Assembly (NCBI GenBank): GCA_027494035.1
Contig: JAOSJQ010000001.1
Span: 3,182,131 to 3,246,130 of the forward strand
Length of the DNA stretch: 64,000 nucleotides
Reading direction: 5' to 3'
Source: Anaerolineales bacterium
GTDB lineage: Bacteria; Chloroflexota; Anaerolineae; Anaerolineales; UBA4823
Shown: piece after piece, positions 12,166 to 21,158 of the stretch
Layout of the letters: the number at the start of each line of letters is the position of its first letter
How positions within the stretch are numbered: the stretch's first letter is position 1
Translations under genes and position numbers: made by a program
Notes under the pieces: model-generated
Database searches by the model: none
What the model was told of the DNA's origin: nothing
The model's input: the letters and a program-made list of their open reading frames with translations, nothing else

Positions 12166-14001
12166 ATGTACACCTTGATCATCGGCTTGGATGCATTCGA
12201 TCCATACATATTCGAGAACCTCTCCGATTCCGGCAAACTGCCCAATTTAAACCGCCTGATGAAGCAGGGCGGGTACTCCAGATTTGAAGTCTCCAACCCG
12301 CCCCAAAGCGAAGTCTCCTGGACCAGCATAGCCACCGGTTTGAACCCGGGCGAGCATGGGATGTTTGATTTTGTTCATCGCGATCCAGCGAGCTATGCCT
12401 TGGAGGTCTCGCTTCTGCCGATGAAGCGCGGCATCGGTGGCTTTGAGTTCGTGCGCCCTTTTCAAGCGCAAACAATCTTCGACGCGGCTGCCGGCCGCGG
12501 TTTTCCAGCTACTTCGCTCTGGTGGCCGGCAACATTTCCAGCACGAGCTGAATCGCCGGTGCGCACGATTCCGGGGTTAGGCACGCCGGATATTCAAGGA
12601 CGCCTTGGAGTTGGCGCGTTATTCTCTTCAAATCTTGACTTGCCAAACAAAATGGGCAAAACCCCGGTTGGGCGGTTCGAAAAGTTAAGCGGCGATCGAT
12701 TTGAAGCCGAATTGGCGGGACCTCAAATCGGGACAAAACCGGGCGCCTCCCACGCAATGATGGGGTTCGAGTTGAAGAAGGTCGATTCGACCACCGCCGA
12801 ACTGCGCTTTGAACGGCAGGTTTACCGATTAGGGCTTGGCGAGTGGAGTCCAATTATCGAATTGAGATTCAAAGCGTCCTGGCTGACCTCTGTTCACGCC
12901 ATCACCCGCGTAGTGATTACCAGTCTGGAACCCAAGGTTCAAGCGTATTTTCTCCCATTGCAGATCCACCCGCTGCACCCCATTTGGCGGTACGCCACAC
13001 CCGCCTCATTCGTAAGAGACGCTTGGAATTCCAGCGGGCCGTTTTTGACCCTTGGCTGGCCTCAGGATACAACCGGCTTGGAAGATGGATGCATCAGCGA
13101 TGAGCTGTTTTTGAACCTGTGCGATTCGATTTTCGAGGCGCGCTCACGCTTGCTCTTTCACTTGTTGAACAATTTCACAGAGGGTCTTCTGGCTTCTGTC
13201 TTTGACTCGCTTGACCGCATCCAGCACATGTTTCTCATTCGCCGTCCAGACGTAATCGAGAAATGGTATCTGCGCTACGACCAATTACTTGGTCGAATTC
13301 TCGATCTGCCGGTGATGAACAAAGATAAACCCCCGCGTTTGTTGGTCGTCTCTGACCACGGATTCAACCGGCTCGACTACAAAGTGAATCTTAATCGATG
13401 GCTGATCGACAAAGGGTATCTTGCGGTGCAGCCCGGCGCAAATAAACCCGAATGGAAATCAATCGACTGGCTGCGCACGCGCGCCTATGCAATCGGATTG
13501 AACAGCCTGTACTTGAATCTGGCGGGGCGCGAAAAACAGGGCGTGGTTACCTCAACAGAGCAGCGCCCAACTGCGGAAACCCTCCAACGTAAATTACAGT
13601 CCTGGCAGGACAGCCAAAGGCATCACGTCGTCAAAAACGCCCGGCTCAACGAGCAGGTATTCGCCGGCGCGCTGGCTAGCCGCGCGCCGGATGTTTTGGT
13701 CGGTTACAATCCCGGCTACCGCGCTTCCGCAGAAACCGGGTTAGGAGGCTGGGCGGATGAATCGCTCAGCCCAAACCAGGATCATTGGGAAGCCGACCAT
13801 TGTTTCGATGCTTCGAGCGTTCCAGGCGTAATATTTTCATCGAATGGATTGCAAGATTTCAGCAGCCCCAGTTACCAGGACTTTCCAATTCTGGCAATTG
13901 ACATTGAACCAGATAGACGAGGCAGCCGCCCTCCGCCCAAGCTGGATGCACAAGATCAGGAATTGGTCGAAGAACGCCTGAAAAGCCTCGGATATCTTTA
14001 A
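12166..14001 (+). CDS. Alkaline phosphatase superfamily / type I phosphodiesterase-like protein
   Basis: IIGLDAFD, PPQSEVSWTSIATGLNPGEHG, DRIQHMF, VVSDHGF, C-terminal EERLKSLGYL. Confidence 0.85.
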   Translation: MYTLIIGLDAFDPYIFENLSDSGKLPNLNRLMKQGGYSRFEVSNPPQSEVSWTSIATGLNPGEHGMFDFVHRDPASYALEVSLLPMKRGIGGFEFVRPFQAQTIFDAAAGRGFPATSLWWPATFPARAESPVRTIPGLGTPDIQGRLGVGALFSSNLDLPNKMGKTPVGRFEKLSGDRFEAELAGPQIGTKPGASHAMMGFELKKVDSTTAELRFERQVYRLGLGEWSPIIELRFKASWLTSVHAITRVVITSLEPKVQAYFLPLQIHPLHPIWRYATPASFVRDAWNSSGPFLTLGWPQDTTGLEDGCISDELFLNLCDSIFEARSRLLFHLLNNFTEGLLASVFDSLDRIQHMFLIRRPDVIEKWYLRYDQLLGRILDLPVMNKDKPPRLLVVSDHGFNRLDYKVNLNRWLIDKGYLAVQPGANKPEWKSIDWLRTRAYAIGLNSLYLNLAGREKQGVVTSTEQRPTAETLQRKLQSWQDSQRHHVVKNARLNEQVFAGALASRAPDVLVGYNPGYRASAETGLGGWADESLSPNQDHWEADHCFDASSVPGVIFSSNGLQDFSSPSYQDFPILAIDIEPDRRGSRPPPKLDAQDQELVEERLKSLGYL

Positions 14002-14036
14002 CCCAGTTGTGTTCGTTAGATTTTGGAGCAATCAAG

Positions 14037-14285
14037 ATGACTTTCACTACGTATGTGAATTTATTAATGCGGTTTGTCTCGTTCTCCGCCCCTCGCGCAT
14101 ACATCGATCCAAACACCGGGGGTATGCTTTTTCAAATTCTGGCGGTCTTTTTAGCGCTTTTTTCAGGGATCATCTTCTTTTTCTCGCGCCAAATTAAAAC
14201 CTTCGCCGCCAAAGTGAGGCGTCGATTCCGTAACGAGGACCCGCACCCCATGCCCAATCAGGATCAAACTAACGACGACGCGTGA
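14037..14285 (+). CDS. Small single-pass membrane protein with an AYIDPNTG motif
   Basis: GGAG RBS; AYIDPNTGGMLFQIL followed by a TM helix and a basic patch. Confidence 0.65.
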   Translation: MTFTTYVNLLMRFVSFSAPRAYIDPNTGGMLFQILAVFLALFSGIIFFFSRQIKTFAAKVRRRFRNEDPHPMPNQDQTNDDA

Positions 14286-14303
14286 TCTCGACAATGACAT
14301 GGG

Positions 14304-14867
14304 ATGAAGTCGATCATTAACCGTCTGCCAAACCGCGAGCAAGTTGTTCTCCTCTTTTTGGCAATTTCACTTCCGATAAATTTCTGGGCGCTGGTGGTTT
14401 TCTTACAGGAACTGCCCGCCTATGTCTTGCGGATGAGCGCCTGGGAGATTCTGAGCGTACTGGCATATATCCTCACGCTTGCCCTCGTGGATAGCCTTAT
14501 TCTGCTGGCGATCTGCGTAATCCTCTTGTTATTTATGCCTACCTCCCTGCTCAAGGGTCGTTACACGGCAGCCGGAACAATGAGCGCCTATCTGATTATC
14601 CTCTGGCTGATACCAATCCAATATCAAGAAAGCATTGCCGCCAGATTCCATGTTGTTGAGCAAAGTTGGTTTGTCTGGCTCTGGCTGGCTTTGTTGTTTG
14701 CCAGCTTCGCCTTGTTTGCAATCATCCTGGTGCGTTCGGAAAAATTCGAGCGAATGATAAGGGCTTATTTAGAGCGGGTGTCGCTGCTCGCTTCGGTGTA
14801 TCTCTTCTTCAATTTTGCCGGTCTGCTGATTGTCATCGCCCGCAATCTCATCGCCGCAAACGGTTAA
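14304..14867 (+). CDS. Integral membrane protein (about 5 TM)
   Basis: Highly hydrophobic ORF; stop lies 2 nt before the next GTG start. Confidence 0.7.
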   Translation: MKSIINRLPNREQVVLLFLAISLPINFWALVVFLQELPAYVLRMSAWEILSVLAYILTLALVDSLILLAICVILLLFMPTSLLKGRYTAAGTMSAYLIILWLIPIQYQESIAARFHVVEQSWFVWLWLALLFASFALFAIILVRSEKFERMIRAYLERVSLLASVYLFFNFAGLLIVIARNLIAANG

Positions 14868-14869
14868 CC

Positions 14870-16408
14870 GTGAAAAACCCGACAATCACGAGGCGCGATT
14901 TCATCAAGTTTCTCGGCGCGGCTGGGCTTGCCAGCCTCGGTTTTCCGCTGCTTGATGCGGTCGACGCTGACCACAGTCAGGGAGGCCGCAGCCTCCCCAA
15001 CGTTTTGATCCTGGTATTCGACGCGTTGTCTGCCGCGGATATGTCCCTTTACGGGTATTCCCGCCCCACCACCCCCAATTTTGAAAATTTTGCGCAGAGG
15101 TCGACCGTATTCCACCGCCATTACTCAGCCGGGTCGTTTACCACTCCAGGCACAGCATCCTTGTTGACCGGGGTCCTGCCTTGGGCGCATCGAGCAATCA
15201 ACCTGCAAGGAACCACGTCGAATCGATACCAAGCAGAAAACCTGTTCAGCTTCCTCCCTCAGGAATACTATGATTTTGCCTATACACATAATTCGCTCGC
15301 CCAGGTGCTGCTGGACCAATTCAAGCCCTCGATCGAAACGCTGTATGAGATCTCTCATCTGGCGCTCTTTTCGAATGTCTGGGCTGAAAAGCCTCCATTG
15401 AGTGAATTCCGCGTTCCATTTGAGGCTGAATTACTATCGACGCAGAACTTTAATTCAATTAACAGCTCGTTACTGCTTTCCTTTCTCGATGAAGTTCAGC
15501 GCCGCGCGAACAGCCAGGGGCTTTTAGAAAGATACCGCAAAGAATTTCCACGCGGGCTTCCAAACTGCCATTTGGCGGGTCGGGACAACACCCTTTGCTT
15601 CACGCTGGAGGCTGCGATCGATTGGATCACCAACCAATTCGATCAGGCGTCAAAACCTTTTCTCGGTTATGTTCACCTGTTTCCGCCCCATGCGCCTTAC
15701 AACCCGCGGCGTGAGTTCATCAATGCCTTTAATGATCAGCCCGCCTCGGTCACGAAGCCAGAACATCATTTTAACCAGGGTGAAAGTCCCAAGCAACTGA
15801 CTCGTATGCGCCGCAAGTATGATGAATACATCGCTTATGTTGACGCTGAATTTGGGCGGTTGATCGACTTGCTAGAACGGGAAAAAGCGCTTGAATCGAC
15901 CCTGCTGATTGTCACTTCTGACCACGGTGAAATATTTGAACGCGGCGTCAGCGGACATAACACCGAAATCCTCTACCAGCCATTGATCCATATTCCGCTT
16001 CTGATATCCACACCGAGACAATCTACGCGAATTGATGTTCATTCTCCAACCAGCGCGATCGACGTCGTTCCAACCATCCTGGGTTTCTTGAACTCATCGC
16101 GCGAAACCCAACTTGAAGGTCAGCCATTGTCCCTTGATGCGAAGGCTCCCGCATTCGAAAGAGATCTTTTCGTCGTCGAAGCCAAATCTAGCCCCAAAAA
16201 TGGCAAGCTCAATAAAGCGACTTTCGCGATAATCTCAAAGAATTACAAATTGATCTACTATCGCGGCTACGCCGGCTTTGACGGTATTTATGAACTCTAT
16301 GACCTGGACCTCGATCCGCAAGAACTGGAAAACCTCTATTCGCCAGCAAATTCAGTTGCGCAAGAACTCAAGGAGAAGCTTGAAAAACGCATTGCCCCCT
16401 ATATATAA
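14870..16408 (+). CDS. Tat-signal sulfatase-like hydrolase/transferase
   Basis: GTG start, ITRRDFIKFLG twin-arginine signal, PNVLILVFDAL, FTTPGTASLLTG, PHAPY, TSDHGE, HIPLLI, ELYDL..DPQE. Confidence 0.85.
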   Translation: MKNPTITRRDFIKFLGAAGLASLGFPLLDAVDADHSQGGRSLPNVLILVFDALSAADMSLYGYSRPTTPNFENFAQRSTVFHRHYSAGSFTTPGTASLLTGVLPWAHRAINLQGTTSNRYQAENLFSFLPQEYYDFAYTHNSLAQVLLDQFKPSIETLYEISHLALFSNVWAEKPPLSEFRVPFEAELLSTQNFNSINSSLLLSFLDEVQRRANSQGLLERYRKEFPRGLPNCHLAGRDNTLCFTLEAAIDWITNQFDQASKPFLGYVHLFPPHAPYNPRREFINAFNDQPASVTKPEHHFNQGESPKQLTRMRRKYDEYIAYVDAEFGRLIDLLEREKALESTLLIVTSDHGEIFERGVSGHNTEILYQPLIHIPLLISTPRQSTRIDVHSPTSAIDVVPTILGFLNSSRETQLEGQPLSLDAKAPAFERDLFVVEAKSSPKNGKLNKATFAIISKNYKLIYYRGYAGFDGIYELYDLDLDPQELENLYSPANSVAQELKEKLEKRIAPYI

Positions 16409-16440
16409 ATAGTATATGCACCCGGTCAACAATTAAAAAA

Positions 16441-17082
16441 TCATTTTCCTTGCCGCTGCTGCCGATATAGCTTGGGGTCGATCACTGAAATCATACGAGC
16501 TGTGTCAAGCTTCCTGCCCAGAAACCTCTGAATTTCTTCGACTTGAGGCGCAGGATCTTTCAATAGAAGATTGTAGTCGATATCCAAGGTTTGGATGTTC
16601 GGCTGTTCACGCAGCCATTCCGTGATTTTGGCGAGATGCTTTCCAAACAAACCACCCATTTCCTCATCGCTAATATCCTTTGGCGTCTCGCCGCGGTTTA
16701 CCAGCATCTTTTGCTGAGAAGCTAAAATTTCATCCATGTCGCGCCGCATGAAGATGATTTTATAGGAGTGGTTTTGCGGAAGAAAAGACAGCAACGCCGA
16801 GATAACCTTGACAACCTTGCCGTGTGCGGCGTCCAGCCAGCCCAGATCGCCGTCCTTCATTTTCTTCACCCGTTCAAATTCGTAATATCCCTTTGGGTTG
16901 TCTGCGTCTGCCTGGCGTTCGAAATCGGTCAATGGTTCGATCCCCGCTGCTTCGAGCATCATCATCATCAAGGAGGTGCCTGAGCGCGGCAGCCCAGAAA
17001 CAATAAAAACGGGCTGCTCAGCCCGTTCTCTTTGAAAAAAATTTAAAGAATTTCCCTGCCAACGAAAATCGCTCCCGATCAA
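16441..17082 (-). CDS. Sulfotransferase family protein (start uncertain)
   Basis: 5'-PSB loop IVSGLPRSGTSLMM, DNPKGYYEFE, KIIFMRRD..EILASQ. The listed ATG at 17160 lies inside the upstream peptide gene; likelier starts are the in-frame TTG at 17082 or the RBS-bearing TTG at 17062 (needs one T removed from a T7 run). Confidence 0.85.
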   Translation of the reverse strand: MIGSDFRWQGNSLNFFQRERAEQPVFIVSGLPRSGTSLMMMMLEAAGIEPLTDFERQADADNPKGYYEFERVKKMKDGDLGWLDAAHGKVVKVISALLSFLPQNHSYKIIFMRRDMDEILASQQKMLVNRGETPKDISDEEMGGLFGKHLAKITEWLREQPNIQTLDIDYNLLLKDPAPQVEEIQRFLGRKLDTARMISVIDPKLYRQQRQGK

Positions 17083-17240
17083 ATGGTTTGACAGGAGGCG
17101 CAGGTGACCTGGGTCATCTGGTTTCCCGAAACCTGCCCCTGGCAGTCTCGACAACTCCATCGACCCGCACGCAGGTCAGTTTTGACCTTGATCTGTTGAA
17201 CCGCCCCAGTTATTACCGCAGCAAATTCCTTCGTCAGCAT
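17079..17240 (-). CDS. Unannotated 53-aa Cys-rich peptide B: MLTKEFAAVITGAVQQIKVKTDLRAGRWSCRDCQGQVSGNQMTQVTCASCQTI
   Basis: Translated by hand; GGAGA RBS 8 nt before ATG; shares leader motif and CxxC-x13-CxxC core with the upstream peptide. Confidence 0.8.
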   Translation of the reverse strand: MLTKEFAAVITGAVQQIKVKTDLRAGRWSCRDCQGQVSGNQMTQVTCASCQTI

Positions 17241-17263
17241 AGGTTAATTCTCCAATCCATGTC

Positions 17264-17527
17264 CTAGAGATAACAGACTTCGCAACGCGCGTTCGAAAGC
17301 AGACCAGGCGCCAGTTCAGAACCGGTGCAAGATTGGCAATCCAGCATCTGAACGCCGGGCGGAGGCGCGGGTGAAGGCGTAGGAATTGGGGGCAGCGGTG
17401 TATTCGAATCAAGAATCGGCACCCAGGCGTCTCCAACCAGTTGATAACACACCGTACGCCCTGCTCGTACATCGGAACGAACGCGTATCGCCGCAGATAT
17501 TTGCTCATTATTCAACAATTGGTTCAT
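17264..17527 (-). CDS. 87-aa Cys-rich peptide A (IRVRSDVRAG motif, Pro-rich linker, CxxC-x14-CxxC)
   Basis: GGAGG RBS before ATG 17527; MNQLLNNEQISAAIRVRSDVRAGRTVC...DCQSCTGSELAPGLLSNARCEVCYL. Confidence 0.8.
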   Translation of the reverse strand: MNQLLNNEQISAAIRVRSDVRAGRTVCYQLVGDAWVPILDSNTPLPPIPTPSPAPPPGVQMLDCQSCTGSELAPGLLSNARCEVCYL

Positions 17528-17547
17528 GCAAAACCTCCACCGCGGAT

Positions 17548-17576
17548 ATTCTATACACAATTCTACGAATCGGCAA
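17548..17576 (-). promoter_or_regulatory. sigma70-type promoter of the peptide/sulfotransferase operon
   Basis: Minus strand TTGCCG (17576-17571), 17-bp spacer, TAGAAT (17553-17548). Confidence 0.6.
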
Positions 17577-17728
17577 TACGACTTTTGACGTTGAATTATT
17601 TATCCTGGTTGAAAAGCAGTTCAATCGGATTTTTCTTATCCACATATTATCTATTTTTTCATTTGTAGAGGTATACTGTCGAATTGAGTGGTAATATAGC
17701 GTTCAATTTGCAGATTGGGGACTTCGCC

Positions 17729-18958
17729 ATGAAATTTCAAAAGACCATCGCCATCCTATCTTTCATCATTGCATTATTAATATCCAGCGTTGCTTGTGGT
17801 TTTACTTTCGAAACGGCTCCCGTGTTCACCCCCGAGGTTGAGGTGGTTCTGCCCACTCAGGAAGTCGAGGAAACTGTGGCGGTCCAGCTTATAGAATTAA
17901 CCACACCGCTTCAGCAACCTACCGCAGCCGCTGAGCCGATCATCACTACCAGTGAGGAAGCAATCCTTGTAGAAATGTATCGGCGGATCAATCCTGCTGT
18001 TGTTAGCGTGCTGACATACGACTTACAAAAGAACATCGTCGTATCCAGCGGACAGGGCTCCGGTTTCCTCTACGACACAAACGGGCACATCGTTACCAAT
18101 TCTCACGTCGTCCACGGCGCTGACCAGGTCGAAGTCCTTTTTTCAAATGGATTATCGGTAAAAGGTAAAGTCATCGGTCAGGACCTCAACAGCGATCTCG
18201 CGGTTATTAAGGTGGAGAACGTTCCCGCGGATGCTCAACCAATTCCGCTAGGACACATCGAAGATGTCGCCGTCGGGCAGACTGTGGTCGCGTTGGGGAA
18301 TCCTTTTGGTCTGGACGGCACACTGACCAAAGGGATCGTCAGTGCGCTGGGTCGCACCATTCCCGCACTGACAACCTTCTCGATTCCACAGGCAATCCAA
18401 ACCGATGCGCCCATTAACCCCGGTAATTCCGGTGGCCCGCTATTGAATCTCAAAGGCGAGGTCATCGGAGTGAATGCTCAGATCGAAACGCGCGGAAACA
18501 GCCGCTCAAACAGCGGAGTTGGTTTTGCGATACCGGTCAGTATCATCTCGCGCGTGGTGCCAGAACTGATTACCAACGGGAAATTCGAGTGGAGTTGGCT
18601 GGGGGTGGTCGGAGGCAACCTGAACTCCACGACCCGTGAGGCGATGGGTCTTTCGGTGGAACGCGGCGCCTATATTTCAGAGGTGGTCAACGGCGGGCCG
18701 GCTCAGTTAGCTGGTCTGCACGGCTCTACTCGCGAGATAAACTATGATAGCCGGATCATCGAAATTGGCGGAGATGTCATTGTCGGGATCAATGGAGTGG
18801 AAGTAAGCACTTTTGAAGATATTTTGATTTATATTGCCCTCAACACCATACCCGGTCAGCAAGTTGATCTTACAATCGTACGGGATGGAAAGACCCAGAA
18901 CGTCCCGTTGACACTACAGCCTCGACCGCCTGGGTCGAGTGAGTTTGTTCATCCCTGA
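17729..18958 (+). CDS. HtrA/DegP-family serine protease with a PDZ domain, probable lipoprotein
   Basis: Lipobox SVAC, GSGF, TNSHVV, DLAVIK, IQTDAPINPGNSGGPL, C-terminal PDZ. Confidence 0.92.
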   Translation: MKFQKTIAILSFIIALLISSVACGFTFETAPVFTPEVEVVLPTQEVEETVAVQLIELTTPLQQPTAAAEPIITTSEEAILVEMYRRINPAVVSVLTYDLQKNIVVSSGQGSGFLYDTNGHIVTNSHVVHGADQVEVLFSNGLSVKGKVIGQDLNSDLAVIKVENVPADAQPIPLGHIEDVAVGQTVVALGNPFGLDGTLTKGIVSALGRTIPALTTFSIPQAIQTDAPINPGNSGGPLLNLKGEVIGVNAQIETRGNSRSNSGVGFAIPVSIISRVVPELITNGKFEWSWLGVVGGNLNSTTREAMGLSVERGAYISEVVNGGPAQLAGLHGSTREINYDSRIIEIGGDVIVGINGVEVSTFEDILIYIALNTIPGQQVDLTIVRDGKTQNVPLTLQPRPPGSSEFVHP

Positions 18959-19070
18959 ACTTCTTTCGCCGTTATCGCTGTAATTAAGTGAAATAGAATA
19001 GCGCCGGGCATGCAAAAAACCTGCGTCTCGGCGCTTCGTTATTATGCAGCTAATCGAAACCCCATATCGA

Positions 19071-20090
19071 TCAATAACCGCGCTCGAGATCCAGTTGATT
19101 CAAGAGGCGGCTGCCTGCCAGATAATGCCGCAGATTTTCTGAGAACAACTCTACTGCCCGGGCGTCATAGTAGGGCGAGATTCCGGAAATGTGGGGGGTG
19201 ACGATCACGTTGGGCATTTTCCACAGCGGATCATCTGGAGGCAGAGGTTCTTCCGGAAATACATCCAGCGCCGCGCCGGCAATTTTCTTATCCTTCAACG
19301 CGCCAATCAATGCGGTGTGGTTGATCACCCCTCCTCGCGAAATATCGATGAGATACGCCGTGTCCTTCATGACTGAAAAGACTTCCGCGCCAATCAAACC
19401 GCGCGTCGCGGGCGTCAATGGCAGCGTGTTGACCAGGAAATCGGATTCTCGCGCCATAGATTTGAGTGCTTCGGCAGGGTAAATCCGATGAACATAATCG
19501 CCCTCCGGATCGCCAAACCCAGCCGCTGTATATCCATCATCTCTAGGATTCATCCCATGGCGTTTGCTCGCCAGGATGCGCGCTCCAAAAGCGTAAAGCA
19601 GCCGCGCTAGCTGTCTCCCGATGCTCCCATAACCGATAATTCCCACCGTTGCATTCCGAATCTCGTGCGGGCTAAACCGCTCCCAACGATCCTTTGGCCA
19701 GACGATCTTCTTCTGGTGTTCGATCATATCTGGCAGGCGGTGCCCAAGAGCGAGTATCATCATTGCGATATACTCAGCGACCTGGGTAGCTGAGGCGCCG
19801 CTCATAGTGGTGACGACCAAGCCTTCGCGCCGTAAAATCGGCGCCTCCCAGGCATGATCCACGCCCGTGAAATGGAATTGGATCCAGCGCAAGTTTGGCG
19901 CCTGACTTGGCTGTGGGATAACCCTCCCGGTGTACAACACTTCAGCCGTAGCCCAGACCTCGGCTGGCACCTCTTCCGCCCGGGAGACCCGGTGTTGGTG
20001 AATATGAAGCCGCGAAGATACCGATTGAAGTTTTTCAATCAACTCATCTGGTATTGGAACGGTCATCAATAAATCGATTTTTTCACTCAT
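19071..20090 (-). CDS. D-2-hydroxyacid dehydrogenase family protein
   Basis: GIIGYGSIG, LPLTPAT, IDISRG, AALDVFPEEPL, TPHISG. Confidence 0.92.
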   Translation of the reverse strand: MSEKIDLLMTVPIPDELIEKLQSVSSRLHIHQHRVSRAEEVPAEVWATAEVLYTGRVIPQPSQAPNLRWIQFHFTGVDHAWEAPILRREGLVVTTMSGASATQVAEYIAMMILALGHRLPDMIEHQKKIVWPKDRWERFSPHEIRNATVGIIGYGSIGRQLARLLYAFGARILASKRHGMNPRDDGYTAAGFGDPEGDYVHRIYPAEALKSMARESDFLVNTLPLTPATRGLIGAEVFSVMKDTAYLIDISRGGVINHTALIGALKDKKIAGAALDVFPEEPLPPDDPLWKMPNVIVTPHISGISPYYDARAVELFSENLRHYLAGSRLLNQLDLERGY

Positions 20091-20100
20091 TTTTTGCTTT

Positions 20101-21141
20101 TCACTTCGGACGAGACCTGTAATGGAGCGGGTTTAACTCACGCAGTCTTTCAGCCGCGCTTTCCGGCGTGAGATCACGCTGGGGCATTGCCAACATCTCA
20201 AAACCAACCATGAATTTACGCACAGTTGCAGATCTGAGCAGCGGCGGGTAGAAATGCAGATGAAAGTGCGCCTCTGGATGAGGTTCTCCATCAAATGGTG
20301 ATTGGTGAAACCCCATTGAATACGGAAAGGAGATCTCAAACAAATTATCGTAGCGGATGGTAACTTGTTTGAGGAGCTCTGCGAGATTGCGAATCTCCGT
20401 TGCTCTCAGATCAGTGAGCGCGCCGAAGTGCCGGCGGGAAATCAATAGCAATTCGTAGGGCCAGACCGCCCAAAAAGGGACGAATGCGATAAAACCATCG
20501 TTTTCAAGCACGATTCGTTCCCCGGTGTCTTGCTCAGCCGCATAGACATCGCACAGCAAACAACCTCCGGTCCGCGTAAGATACTCCAACATTGCGCGCT
20601 GCTCGCGCAGTGGTTCATTGGGGACGAAGCTTGTAGCCCAGATCTGACTGTGTGGATGTGGGTTTGAACACCCCATCATCTCCCCTTTATTTTCGAACAC
20701 CTGAACATAGGCGAGATTGTCTCTTTCGCCGAGATCGCGCGTCTGATCGATCCAGGTACGGACCACTTGTTCCACATCAGCCAGAGGCAGTTCAGGCAAT
20801 GTCAGGTCGTGGCGGGGCGAGAAACAAACCACCCTCGAGATTCCCGAAGCTGGTTCAGCCCTGAACAAATCAGATGTAGCGGGCTGTGTATCATCTGGAG
20901 GCAGCAGCGCCGGGAAATCGTTATCAAATACGAAGGTCGAATCATAAACCGGGTTCCGCACCCCCCCAACCCGTGAATTGCCTGGGCAAAGGTAGCACTC
21001 CGAGTCATACTCCGGCAAGATCAGGGCAGGCGTTTTCTCCACCTGCCCCAACCATGGTCGCTGTGTGCGATGAGGCGATACAAGCACCCACTCGTCTTTT
21101 AGTGGGTTATATCGACGATGCGGGCGGTCATAGTCAGGCAT
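20101..21141 (-). CDS. galT: Galactose-1-phosphate uridylyltransferase
   Basis: HRRYNPL, CYLCPGN, FENKGEMMGCSNPHPHSQIW, RKFMVGFEML. Confidence 0.96.
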   Translation of the reverse strand: MPDYDRPHRRYNPLKDEWVLVSPHRTQRPWLGQVEKTPALILPEYDSECYLCPGNSRVGGVRNPVYDSTFVFDNDFPALLPPDDTQPATSDLFRAEPASGISRVVCFSPRHDLTLPELPLADVEQVVRTWIDQTRDLGERDNLAYVQVFENKGEMMGCSNPHPHSQIWATSFVPNEPLREQRAMLEYLTRTGGCLLCDVYAAEQDTGERIVLENDGFIAFVPFWAVWPYELLLISRRHFGALTDLRATEIRNLAELLKQVTIRYDNLFEISFPYSMGFHQSPFDGEPHPEAHFHLHFYPPLLRSATVRKFMVGFEMLAMPQRDLTPESAAERLRELNPLHYRSRPK

Positions 21142-21158
21142 GAGGTTTTTCAAATCAA

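Noticed and set aside
14666-14869. Listed N-terminal extension of the sulfatase-like ORF
   Set aside because: It overlaps the upstream membrane gene; GTG 14870 places the Tat motif at the N-terminus
17083-17160. Listed ATG start (17160) of the sulfotransferase
   Set aside because: It lies out of frame inside peptide B, which has an RBS and a paralog; the extension MELSRLPGAG... looks like shadow translation
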